Positions 46,984-55,861 of a DNA stretch of 64,000 bases are shown here, piece after piece; position 1 is the first letter of the stretch; each line of letters opens with the position of its first letter. Both the position numbers and the translations under genes were made by a program. The stretch spans positions 2,195-66,194 of the forward strand of contig CAYSCX010000012.1 in NCBI GenBank assembly GCA_964429575.1, written 5' to 3'. The notes under the pieces are model-generated. The model searched no databases, was not told the DNA's origin, and worked only from the letters and a program-made list of their open reading frames with translations. The DNA comes from an uncultured Candidatus Binatia bacterium. GTDB taxonomy: Bacteria > Desulfobacterota > Binatia > Binatales > Binataceae.

Positions 46984-48453
46984 ATGGCATCCAACGGAAT
47001 TGTCGCACAACTGTTGCGGCGCAAGCGTGCCGAGATGATGCACGCGGACGCCGCGAGCGAATTCGGCCTTCATCGCGCGCTCAGGGCATCCGACCTCACA
47101 CTGCTCGGCATCGGCGCAATCGTCGGTGCGGGAATTTTCGTTTTGACCGGCGTTGGCGCGCAGCACGCCGGGCCGGGTCTCATCGCGTCGTTCGTCCTGG
47201 CCGGACTGGCGTGCGCGATGGCGGCGCTCTGTTACTCCGAGTTCGCGACCATGATTCCGGTGGCGGGCAGCGCATACTCGTACTCGTACGCGACGATGGG
47301 CGAGTTCGTCGCATGGATCATCGGATGGGACCTGGTGCTGGAGTACGCCGTGGGTGCGGCAGCAGTCGCATCGGGATGGTCCGGGTACCTGCGCGTGATC
47401 CTCGAAGGTCTTGGAATTCATCTTCCGATCGAGATTGCGAGCGCACCGTGCACCACCACGCCGTGTGTTCAGGGCACCGCGGAAGGCGCGATCATCAATC
47501 TGCCCGCGCTGCTGATCGTATGCTTGATGTCGGCAGTGCTTTACATCGGGATCCGCGAAAGCGCACGGCTCAACGCGGTGTTCGTGTCGATCAAGGTTCT
47601 CGTCGTGATCGCGGTAATCGCGATTGGCGCGTTCTATGTACAGCCGGCGAACTGGACGCCGTTCACGCCTTTCGGGTGGATGGGCGTCGCGAACGGCGCC
47701 GCACTAATCTTCTTCGCGTACATCGGGTTCGACGCGGTCTCGACGGTGGCGGAGGAAGTGATCGACCCGGGCCGCGACTTGCCGATTGGAATCATCGGCT
47801 CGCTCGCGGTGTGCACCGTCCTGTACATGGGAGTCGCGGCGGTGCTGACGGGCATGGTGCCGTACATCGAAATCGATCCTACCGCGCCGCTCGCATCGGC
47901 GTTCGTCGGGCGCGGGCTTAATTTCGTGGCGTGGATGATCTCGCTGGGCGCGATCGCGGGATTGACCTCGGTGTTGCTGGTGCTGTTACTGGGGCAGTCG
48001 CGGATCTTCTTCGCGATGTCGCGCGACGGACTGCTGCCGGCGGCCTTCAGCAAGATCCACCCGACGTTTCACACCCCGTACGTTCCAACCATCATCACTG
48101 GAATCGCGGTCGCGCTTACGGCAGCACTGTTGCCGATTCACGAGATCGCCGAGTTGACCAACATCGGCACGCTGTTCGCGTTCGTGCTGGTGTGCACGGG
48201 CGTGATGATCTTGCGCTACACCGAGCCCGACCTGAAGCGGCCGTTCCGAACGCCGCTGGTGCCGTTGGTGCCGCTGGTCGGCATCGTGTTCTGCGTGTTC
48301 CTGATGTTACGGCTGCCGATGCTCACTTGGGCGCGGTTCTTTGGCTGGCTCGCCTTGGGATTCATCGTGTATTTCGCGTATGGACGCTTTCACAGTCGGG
48401 TCGCGCTGGACGCGCGCGCACATCCGTCCGCGCGACGCAGAGTGGGTCGTTAG
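46984..48453 (+). CDS. APC-family amino acid permease
   Basis: 12-TM profile with an APC signature N-terminus (LTLLGIGAIVGAGIFVLTG). 489 aa. Confidence 0.85.
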   Translation: MASNGIVAQLLRRKRAEMMHADAASEFGLHRALRASDLTLLGIGAIVGAGIFVLTGVGAQHAGPGLIASFVLAGLACAMAALCYSEFATMIPVAGSAYSYSYATMGEFVAWIIGWDLVLEYAVGAAAVASGWSGYLRVILEGLGIHLPIEIASAPCTTTPCVQGTAEGAIINLPALLIVCLMSAVLYIGIRESARLNAVFVSIKVLVVIAVIAIGAFYVQPANWTPFTPFGWMGVANGAALIFFAYIGFDAVSTVAEEVIDPGRDLPIGIIGSLAVCTVLYMGVAAVLTGMVPYIEIDPTAPLASAFVGRGLNFVAWMISLGAIAGLTSVLLVLLLGQSRIFFAMSRDGLLPAAFSKIHPTFHTPYVPTIITGIAVALTAALLPIHEIAELTNIGTLFAFVLVCTGVMILRYTEPDLKRPFRTPLVPLVPLVGIVFCVFLMLRLPMLTWARFFGWLALGFIVYFAYGRFHSRVALDARAHPSARRRVGR

Positions 48454-48488
48454 CGGCACGCCCGCTTCGACGATGCGGGCAAACGGCA

Positions 48489-49145
48489 CTAGTTGGGTTT
48501 CGCGGCGGCGGCGGATTTGCCGGTCGATGCCCTCGCAGCTGCTTCCTGAGCGGCCTTGGCCTTCGCTGCCGCCTCTGCGGCGGCCTTTGCAGCGGCAGCC
48601 TTGTCGGCCGCAGCTTTAGCCGCGGCTGCCTTCCTGGCTTCGAGTGCCGCTTCCCGCACGTCGCGCCGCGTACGGTCGGCGGTCATCTTGGTGGCGGCCT
48701 TGGCGCCAAGGTTCTGTTCCTGCCACTTGGGCTTCTTGTACTCGACCCACCTGCCGTCTTTGAGCGTGTAGGACAGCACGAGGTAGCGGAGCTTGCCGGT
48801 CGCCGCGCCCTTGGAGGATGCCTTGCTGGTGGGATCGTACTCCGCGCCGCCGAGCTTCACGCTGACGATAACTCGCCCGCCCGATCCGTAGTTCGGCAGG
48901 TACTGGACGATATCGGGGCGGAGATCAACGTAGGGCTTGCCGTCGGCCTTCTTTTTTTCTTCCTCTGCGAAGAAAGTCTGCGTCGCGTCTGAGAGCGTGT
49001 CGAACAATGCCTCCTTCTGTGCGGCAGACAGATCCTTGGCTTGGCGGCTTTTGCGAATATCAGCCGCGTGGGCGCTCGGAACCAGCGCAAGGAAAACAAG
49101 CGCGGCGGCAAGGGCCACCGCGCCTATGTTGAGGACCGATTTCAT
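48489..49145 (-). CDS. secreted protein with Ala/Lys-rich C-terminal tail (hypothetical)
   Basis: Signal peptide MKSVLNIGAVALAAALVFLALVPSAHA. C-terminal KAAADKAAAAKAAAEAAAKAKAAQEAAA. Confidence 0.45.
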   Translation of the reverse strand: MKSVLNIGAVALAAALVFLALVPSAHAADIRKSRQAKDLSAAQKEALFDTLSDATQTFFAEEEKKKADGKPYVDLRPDIVQYLPNYGSGGRVIVSVKLGGAEYDPTSKASSKGAATGKLRYLVLSYTLKDGRWVEYKKPKWQEQNLGAKAATKMTADRTRRDVREAALEARKAAAAKAAADKAAAAKAAAEAAAKAKAAQEAAARASTGKSAAAAKPN

Positions 49146-49191
49146 TTCATCCCTCGCCGTAGAGCTTGGACGGCGACGGTGTGCGGGGAAT

Positions 49192-50415
49192 TTAGTTGTC
49201 GCTCTTCGAACCGCCGGTTGTGATGCCGCGGCCGAAGGCGGCGACCTGGTTTTGCCACTGCTCGCCGAAGGCGAGGATCAACACCTGCTGGTTGATGTGC
49301 GAGTCCTTGGAGAGGCTGCGCATCGCGCCGCCGCCTGCGTTCGCCATGACTTTGTAGGAAATGCGCGTCTGCTGATAGAACTGCGGCAGCTGCGAGATCT
49401 TGGGCGGCTCCTGGCGATGCACCTTGAGCCAGAACTCGCGCTCGAACCGCTCGTGCTCCTCCGCCGCCACGTCCACCGTGTTGAAGGTGCCGTTGTTGGC
49501 CTTGAACTGCTTGATTGAGGCGAGCAGTGGCGCGAAGTCATCCTTGGCCGGGGGCGCGTCGCCCACCAGCACAATGACCTTCTTCGCATAGGGCTTCCAG
49601 TCCATCTGCGACAGCGCTGCCTGCACCGCGCCCGCGGTGTCCTCTTCCCACTCACCGCCGCCCGCCGCCTGGATGCCGCTCAGAAACTGCTCGAGCTTCT
49701 TGCCCGACAACGTCAGCGGCTGAAGCTGCTGCTTCTCGCCCTTGCCGCCAAACACCACCACGCCCACGCGCGCGATGGGCACCAGGCGATGGATCGCGTT
49801 TACCAACTGCGCCATCTTGGCCTTGACGTCCTCGATGATGAGCTTCATCGAGCCGGTGCCATCGATGACCAGCACCACGTCGAGACCCTTGCGCCGCAAT
49901 TCGCCGATGAACCCGCCGAAGCCCGAACCCACCCCGCGGCCGTAGCCGGAGCCGATGCCGCCGCCACGCCCGATGCCGATGCCGCCGCCGCCGGCGGCGC
50001 GCACGTAGTCGTTGGCGAGACCGACCGCCTGCGAGGTGTCGACCGCGGTGGGCTGGTCGAACGCCTCCGGCGACGTGTCAGGCATCGGAACTTCCGGAAT
50101 GTCGAGGTCCGCCAGTTCGCCGCCGCCCCCACCGCCGCCCGCCTCCAGGTTCACCATGATCAGTTCGCGTCCACGCTGGACGTGGGTGCTGATGATGAGG
50201 AAGAGCAGGACGATAACGTGAATTGCGATGGAGAGAGGAAACGGTCCGGCGAAGAACCGCAGATAGTCTCTTAAGGTTTCAAATCGCTCAACGTCGGCTT
50301 CGTCTTCGTCGCGATGAAGTTCGGCCTCGAGCTCCTTCTTCGAGGTCCATCGATAGAGAATGATGGCGACGACGGTTGTCGAGATGATCAGCCCGATTAC
50401 GATTGCAACAATCAT
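49192..50415 (-). CDS. membrane-anchored Gly-rich von Willebrand factor A domain protein
   Basis: N-terminal TM, a poly-Gly/GIG region, then VWA with a MIDAS-like motif (VVLVIDGTGSM). It is last in the exbB-exbD-exbD operon on the same strand. Confidence 0.7.
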   Translation of the reverse strand: MIVAIVIGLIISTTVVAIILYRWTSKKELEAELHRDEDEADVERFETLRDYLRFFAGPFPLSIAIHVIVLLFLIISTHVQRGRELIMVNLEAGGGGGGGELADLDIPEVPMPDTSPEAFDQPTAVDTSQAVGLANDYVRAAGGGGIGIGRGGGIGSGYGRGVGSGFGGFIGELRRKGLDVVLVIDGTGSMKLIIEDVKAKMAQLVNAIHRLVPIARVGVVVFGGKGEKQQLQPLTLSGKKLEQFLSGIQAAGGGEWEEDTAGAVQAALSQMDWKPYAKKVIVLVGDAPPAKDDFAPLLASIKQFKANNGTFNTVDVAAEEHERFEREFWLKVHRQEPPKISQLPQFYQQTRISYKVMANAGGGAMRSLSKDSHINQQVLILAFGEQWQNQVAAFGRGITTGGSKSDN

Positions 50416-50532
50416 CTTTTACTTTGCTCCTCGCCAGGGTGTCCAATCACCTTATCCCTGTTCGAGGCCCCACCAAATTAGCTCGGGGCACGCCTCTCCA
50501 TTAAAGATAGACGAAACTCTCCGCCAGAAATT

Positions 50533-50970
50533 CTAACTTCCGCCAGGCGCCGCGCCGCCCGGCGGCGCCGCAGATACCGCGATCGCGATCGCCTCAGCAC
50601 CCGCGCTTTTTGCGATGTCGAGAATATGGACCATGTCGCCCAGAATGACCTTCGGGTCACCCTGAAAGATCACGATTTTGTCAGGGGATTTCTCGAGCAC
50701 TTCGTGCAGCGCCGGCTGGAGTTCAGCGAGCGACACGTTGCGCTCATTGACGAATATCTGATGCTCGGCTGTGTAGGTGACGATGATGCCCTTGGGCTGG
50801 TCCTGGGGAGTAGTGGCTTCCGCCTTCGGGAGATCAACGTGAGCCGCGGATTCAATGGTCGCGGCGGTGGTCACCATGAAAATGATCAGCAGAACCAGAA
50901 AAACGTCGGTCAGCGGGGTGATGTTGATGTCGGCGAACACCCCGCCGCCTTTGCTAGCCTGCATGGCCAT
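50533..50970 (-). CDS. exbD: ExbD/TolR biopolymer transport protein
   Basis: INITPLTDVFLVLLIIFMV TM, about 145 aa. Confidence 0.8.
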   Translation of the reverse strand: MAMQASKGGGVFADINITPLTDVFLVLLIIFMVTTAATIESAAHVDLPKAEATTPQDQPKGIIVTYTAEHQIFVNERNVSLAELQPALHEVLEKSPDKIVIFQGDPKVILGDMVHILDIAKSAGAEAIAIAVSAAPPGGAAPGGS

Positions 50971-51016
50971 GGGTCAATTCCCTTTGCGCGGTCAAGGCCG
51001 GCGGCAGCGCCCCGCG

Positions 51017-51457
51017 CTAGCCGCCCGGTCCCCCGGCGGTCGTCTGGGCGCCGGTAGCGCGTTTGGCCGCGATCGCGATCTGACCCGCGCCAGCAGCCTT
51101 GAAGATGTTCATGATTCTCACCATGTCGCCAAGCAGCACCTTTCGGTCGCCCTGAAACACAACGATCTTGGCGTCCAGCTTGTCGAGCGCTTCGCGCAGG
51201 ACCGGCAGCAGCTCGCGCTCGGGAACGTCACGTGAGTTGACGAACAGCTCGTGATTGGCCGTGTAGGTAACGATGACGCCCTTGTTCTCGGGCGATGTGT
51301 TATTTGCGGTCGGCACGTCCACGCGGGCGGCCGACTCGACCGTGACCGAAGTCGTCACCATGAAGATGATCAGGAGTACCAGGAAGACGTCGGTCAGCGG
51401 CGTGATGTTGATTTCCGAAAATACGCCGCCTGCTTCCTTGGGGCCGCTAACGGCCAT
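51017..51457 (-). CDS. exbD: ExbD/TolR biopolymer transport protein (second copy)
   Basis: INITPLTDVFLVLLIIFMV TM, 146 aa. A paralogue of the downstream copy. Confidence 0.8.
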   Translation of the reverse strand: MAVSGPKEAGGVFSEINITPLTDVFLVLLIIFMVTTSVTVESAARVDVPTANNTSPENKGVIVTYTANHELFVNSRDVPERELLPVLREALDKLDAKIVVFQGDRKVLLGDMVRIMNIFKAAGAGQIAIAAKRATGAQTTAGGPGG

Positions 51458-52088
51458 GCGACTCCCTCCCGTGCAGGGCGGCGTCGATCAGGCGATCGGC
51501 GTTGATGTGCATCACGGCGTTGATGTTTTCAACTTTAGTCGCAAAGTAGTTGTAAAAGATAACCGCCAGAATGGCGACGGCGAGCCCGAGCGCGGTTGCG
51601 ATCAGCGCTTCGGAGATACCTGCCGCGACGACCGAGAAACCACCCGTACCCATGATGGCCATCGACTGGAAGGCGACCAGGATGCCGACCACGGTGCCGA
51701 ACAGTCCGATGAATGGAGCCGACGCGCCGACGGTGGCGAGGATCCACAGATAACGCTTGAGTTCGAGCATCTCCACGAACCGGCGCTCTTCGTCGAGCTC
51801 GACGAGCTGGTCGCGGGTGAGGCTCTGGGCGCCTGCGATCAATGCGTGATAGACGCGCTCTTCGGGAGTGGCCCGCGCCTGAGTCGCCTGCAGCGCCTCG
51901 TTCATCTTCCCAGCGCGCAACTGCGCGATGAGTGAGTCCGCGGTCTTGGCCGCGCGCGAGGTGATCCCGCGCAGCGCCCAAATCCGTTCGAAAATGATCG
52001 CGAGGCACATCACCGACATAAAGAGCAGCGGGTACGTCGCGTAGTACCCCTGCGAGATCATCGCCATAATCCCGAACTGAGTCTGCAT
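51447..52088 (-). CDS. exbB: MotA/TolQ/ExbB proton channel protein
   Basis: 3-TM profile with a conserved C-terminal region. 213 aa. Overlaps exbD by 11 nt. Confidence 0.85.
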   Translation of the reverse strand: MQTQFGIMAMISQGYYATYPLLFMSVMCLAIIFERIWALRGITSRAAKTADSLIAQLRAGKMNEALQATQARATPEERVYHALIAGAQSLTRDQLVELDEERRFVEMLELKRYLWILATVGASAPFIGLFGTVVGILVAFQSMAIMGTGGFSVVAAGISEALIATALGLAVAILAVIFYNYFATKVENINAVMHINADRLIDAALHGRESHGR

Positions 52089-52599
52089 CGCCTATCCTCT
52101 CAAGCTAAGATTTGAATCGAGCGGCGGTTGAGGTCCCGCTCCAACCTTTACTACTGGCCCCCAAAGAACCCCAAACGCTTCGCTTTGATACCGGCCACGC
52201 GCTCCGTTTGCGGACTTGGGCTGGCGGCATGCCGCAGTGCCCAATGCGCAAGAAACAGCGCGGTTGCTTCCAATGCTACAATCGAGTGGTTTTTGTCAAG
52301 AGGGACTGGCGTGGCGGATGGAAAAACCGCAATCGCGCGGCCGCCGCACTCACTGCAGGCGCCCTCTGGCGCTCACCCACGCCAGTGGAATCGTTTCAGA
52401 TGGACGCGGTTAGGGCAAGCGCGACGGATCGAGTCGCGCGCAAGTCGGTGAAAAATCACACATCGGACGCCATCGCGCGGCGGCAACTCGCCTTGACTTC
52501 TATCGGAGGCGCGTTTAAGCAGAGTTTGACCGCGATGCGGTCGTTGTTTTTGTCGTCCTAATGCTCAATCAAAAGAGTTTGACGCCGCGCGCGCGGGCC

Positions 52600-53172
52600 A
52601 TGTCCACCAGCCTCACATTCATTGCGGCTGCTGCGGCGCTGGCGGTGTTGATCGCGGTCGCAGCAGGCGCGTGCGAGCGCGCCGAAGAGAAAACTTATTT
52701 GCCCGCGCCGCAACCGGAGCAGAAGGTCAAGAACCCGCTTGAGCCGACCAAAGATCTGCCGCCGGATTTCATGAAGTCGTTGCCGATTTATCCGGGTGCT
52801 GAGATCGAGCAGGTGCGCAAACCGAAGGGCGCGATGCGGGAAATAATGTTCGTCAGCGACGCATCGCTCGACGAGTTGGTCAATTTCTATAAGACGCAAC
52901 TCAAGGAGCGCGGCTTTCACATCACGTCGGCGCTGATAATGGCAGCGCGGCGCACCTGGTCATGCGATTTTCACAAGGAGGGGATGCAGGCGACGGTGCT
53001 GCTATACCCGCACGACCTCGACAAGTCGCGCATGACCATCGACCTGGTGTACGAGATGCCCAGGAAGATTGATCCGGAACTAATGGAGCCAGTAGAAAAC
53101 TTCGACGTAGTCGGACCGGGCGAGTACGTACAAAAGACGACAACCCAGCAGGAGAAGGCGAAGAGGGATTAA
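52600..53172 (+). CDS. putative lipoprotein (hypothetical)
   Basis: Signal peptide MSTSLTFIAAAAALAVLIAVAAGAC with a lipobox Cys. Start at an internal Met. Confidence 0.45.
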   Translation: MSTSLTFIAAAAALAVLIAVAAGACERAEEKTYLPAPQPEQKVKNPLEPTKDLPPDFMKSLPIYPGAEIEQVRKPKGAMREIMFVSDASLDELVNFYKTQLKERGFHITSALIMAARRTWSCDFHKEGMQATVLLYPHDLDKSRMTIDLVYEMPRKIDPELMEPVENFDVVGPGEYVQKTTTQQEKAKRD

Positions 53173-53176
53173 CATC

Positions 53177-54112
53177 ATGGGAATTCTCGACGGCAAAGTT
53201 GCAGCAATCACCGGCGCGGGACGCGGCATCGGACGCGAAGAGGCGCTGCTCATGGCGCGCGAGGGCGCGAAAATCGTGGTCAACGACCTCGGCGGCCACT
53301 TCGACGGAACCGGCCAGTCGCGTTCGCCCGCCGAAGACGTTGTGAAGGAAATTCGCTCCGCGGGCGGAGAGGCGGTTGCGAATTTCGAGAGCGTGACCGA
53401 CTTCAAATCCGCCAAGCGGATCATCGAGTGCGCGCTCGACAACTTCGGCAAGCTCAATATCATAGTGAACAATGCGGGCATCCTGCGCGACCGCATGGTC
53501 TTCAACATGAACGAGGAAGACTGGGATGCGGTGGTCGGCGTGCACCTCAAGGGCAGCTTCAACGTGGCACGCCACGCGTGCGCCTACTGGCGCGAGCAGC
53601 ACAAGGGCGGCAACGTGCTCAACGGACGCCTCATCAACACCAGCTCCGATTCGGGATTGCTCGGCAACGCCGGCCAGAGCAACTACGGCGCGGCCAAGGC
53701 GGCGGTCGCCGCGATGGCGGTCATCATCGATCGCGAGATGGTGCGCTATGGTGTAACCGCAAACGCGATCGCGCCGGTCGCGCGGACACGGCTGACGGTC
53801 GATGCGACCCCGCAGACCGCGGCGGGAATGCCGCAAGCGAAGGAAGGGCAGTGGGATCCATTTAGTCCCGCCCACGTCGCGCCGTTGGTCGCCTGGCTCG
53901 GCAGCGACGACGCCAAAGATGTGCATGGCGAGGTGTTCCGCGTCGGCACGGGAAACGTGTGGCTGATGAAGGGCTGGCACTCGGTGGCGAAAGTGACCAA
54001 GACCGGGTCGATGTGGGCGCCGGCGGAGCTTGGCGCCAAGCTGAAGGAAGAGTTGGCCAAGGGCGCGACCGCCAAGGAAAGCATGGGTCAAATCATGGCG
54101 CAGGGCCGATAG
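53177..54112 (+). CDS. SDR-family oxidoreductase (MFE-2 dehydrogenase-like)
   Basis: ITGAGRGIGRE, NNAG, YGAAKAA. 311 aa. Its TAG stop is formed at the junction with repeat copy B. Confidence 0.8.
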   Translation: MGILDGKVAAITGAGRGIGREEALLMAREGAKIVVNDLGGHFDGTGQSRSPAEDVVKEIRSAGGEAVANFESVTDFKSAKRIIECALDNFGKLNIIVNNAGILRDRMVFNMNEEDWDAVVGVHLKGSFNVARHACAYWREQHKGGNVLNGRLINTSSDSGLLGNAGQSNYGAAKAAVAAMAVIIDREMVRYGVTANAIAPVARTRLTVDATPQTAAGMPQAKEGQWDPFSPAHVAPLVAWLGSDDAKDVHGEVFRVGTGNVWLMKGWHSVAKVTKTGSMWAPAELGAKLKEELAKGATAKESMGQIMAQGR

Positions 54113-54264
54113 CAGGGTGTTGAGGAGCCCAAGAGATCCAAGATTGCTCGAAGCAGTACGCTCAACGCCCTGCGTGAGAGATGGCTTCCTTCATAATCTT
54201 CTCCCCTTGGGGGAGATGTGAGAGAGGGCGCACCCTGTTGAAAGCGACGTTTTCAACAGCGTGG
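54111..54264 (+). repeat. MITE-like structured repeat, copy B (diverged, about 154 bp)
   Basis: Starts agcagggtgttgag..., has an internal ctcaacgccctgcgtga arm and a tctcccc-ttgg-gggaga hairpin, and ends ccctgttgaaagcgacgttttcaacagcgtgg. Confidence 0.55.
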
Positions 54265-54271
54265 TAGGCGG

Positions 54272-54796
54272 GTGAGCGGAAAGAAAAAAGCGGAAAGCGC
54301 GGCCTCCAAAGGGCCGCGCTTTCGTTCAGTGCTGATGATATGCGCGGCAAATACCGCGCGCAGCGTTATGGCTGAACATATACTGCGCCGCGAACTAAAG
54401 GTGCGCGGCGGTGACGGGCACGTGCGAGTCGTGTCGGCGGGCATCGCGCCGTACGCGCGCGACGGCGCGCTGGTCTCGCTCGATACGCGCCTCGTGCTTC
54501 GCACCGAAGGCATCCATCTCGACGAAGAATCCACATCGACCGATTTGAAGCGCCATCCGGAATTACTCGCAGCGGCAGACTTGGTGCTCGCGATGACGCG
54601 CCAGCAGGCCATCGAGCTTCATGCGAAGTTCTCGGTGCCGGCCGAGAGCGCAGTATTCACGTTCAAGGAATTCGCGGGACACGCCGGCGACATCGACGAT
54701 CCCTATGAGAAGGGTGACGCGGTCTTTCACGCTTGTCTCGATGAGATCATGCGGTTGGTGCCGCGGATCGCGGACCGCATCCTGGGCGACGATTGA
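54272..54796 (+). CDS. low-molecular-weight protein tyrosine phosphatase / arsenate reductase family
   Basis: CX5R P-loop VLMICAANTARSVMAE, and a DP motif (IDDPYEKGD). The N-terminal 20 aa may not be translated; an alternative start lies near 54329. Confidence 0.65.
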   Translation: MSGKKKAESAASKGPRFRSVLMICAANTARSVMAEHILRRELKVRGGDGHVRVVSAGIAPYARDGALVSLDTRLVLRTEGIHLDEESTSTDLKRHPELLAAADLVLAMTRQQAIELHAKFSVPAESAVFTFKEFAGHAGDIDDPYEKGDAVFHACLDEIMRLVPRIADRILGDD

Positions 54797-54812
54797 AGCG
54801 GGAGATCGACGC

Positions 54813-55241
54813 GTGTGGTTTGAGAATCCTCCCGATTCAGTCATCCGCGAGATTTTGTCGCATCCGGCGACGGTCGCGGTGGTTGGATGCTCCGACAGGG
54901 ACGCGCGCGACAGCCTGCGCATCGCCAGGCTACTCAAGTCGCGCGGCTTTCGAGTGATCCCGGTCAACCCGACACTCGTCCCCGACGCGCTCGCTAGTGT
55001 GCTGAGCGAGCGGTGTTACCCGGATGTCGCGTCGATTCCAGACCCGGTCGAAATAGTCGATGTGTTCCGGCGGCCGGAGTATCTGCCGGAAGTCGTCGCG
55101 GACGCGATCCGCAAGGGCGCGCGCATCCTGTGGTGCCAGCTCGGGGTTGTGAATCTCGACGCGGCGCGCGAGGCTCAGCGTGCCGGTATGACCGTGATCA
55201 TGGATCGCTGCCCCGCGATCGAATACGCGCGCCTTTTCTGA
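54813..55241 (+). CDS. CoA-binding domain protein (PF13380-like)
   Basis: ATVAVVGCSDRDARDS...VIPVNP...EIVDVFRRPEYLPEVV Rossmann-like CoA-binding pattern. GTG start with GGGAG upstream. Confidence 0.6.
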   Translation: MWFENPPDSVIREILSHPATVAVVGCSDRDARDSLRIARLLKSRGFRVIPVNPTLVPDALASVLSERCYPDVASIPDPVEIVDVFRRPEYLPEVVADAIRKGARILWCQLGVVNLDAAREAQRAGMTVIMDRCPAIEYARLF

Positions 55242-55261
55242 GTGCGCGGCGGCCCGCCGTC

Positions 55262-55813
55262 ATGAAAATTCGGAAATGGACCACGGTTGGTAGCGATCCG
55301 GTCTATCGGACGCCGATTTTCGATCTTCACCGCCGCCGCGCGAACCATCCTGTGCGCGGTGAGCGTGACTTCTTCATCCTCGAGGCGCCCGCGTGGGTGA
55401 ACATCATACCGGTGACGCCCAAGCGCGAGGTGGTGTTGGTGCGCCAGTTTCGCCACGGCGTCAGTGCGTTCACGCTCGAGATTCCGGGAGGGATGATCGA
55501 TCCAAGCGACGAGAACCCGCTGGTCGCGGCGCGGCGCGAGATGGTCGAGGAGTGCGGCTACGACTCAGGCGACGTGGTCGAACTGGGGCGCGTACATCCC
55601 AATCCGGCCATACAACCGAACTTCTGCTACACGTTTTTCGCGCGCAACGTGCGCAAGGTGCGCCGCGCGTCGCACACCGATACGGAAGAGACGCAAGTCA
55701 CGTTGGTACCGCTTGCGAAGGTGAAGCAGCTAATCGCATCAGGAAAGATTACGCACGCGCTGGTGATCGCGGCGTTTTCGTTTCTGCATCTTTACAACCC
55801 GCCGCGCCGGTGA
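55262..55813 (+). CDS. NUDIX hydrolase
   Basis: Nudix box GGMIDPSDENPLVAARREMVEECG. Confidence 0.8.
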   Translation: MKIRKWTTVGSDPVYRTPIFDLHRRRANHPVRGERDFFILEAPAWVNIIPVTPKREVVLVRQFRHGVSAFTLEIPGGMIDPSDENPLVAARREMVEECGYDSGDVVELGRVHPNPAIQPNFCYTFFARNVRKVRRASHTDTEETQVTLVPLAKVKQLIASGKITHALVIAAFSFLHLYNPPRR

Positions 55814-55861
55814 CGCCGCGCTTGCGCGACCGTCAAGGGTACGGCCGCCAAGGTGGCTTGG

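Noticed and set aside
52112-52561. 149-aa ORF in the long exbB upstream spacer
   Set aside because: No Shine-Dalgarno or homology. The region is more likely a divergent promoter or regulatory region. I looked for a Fur box and did not find a convincing one.
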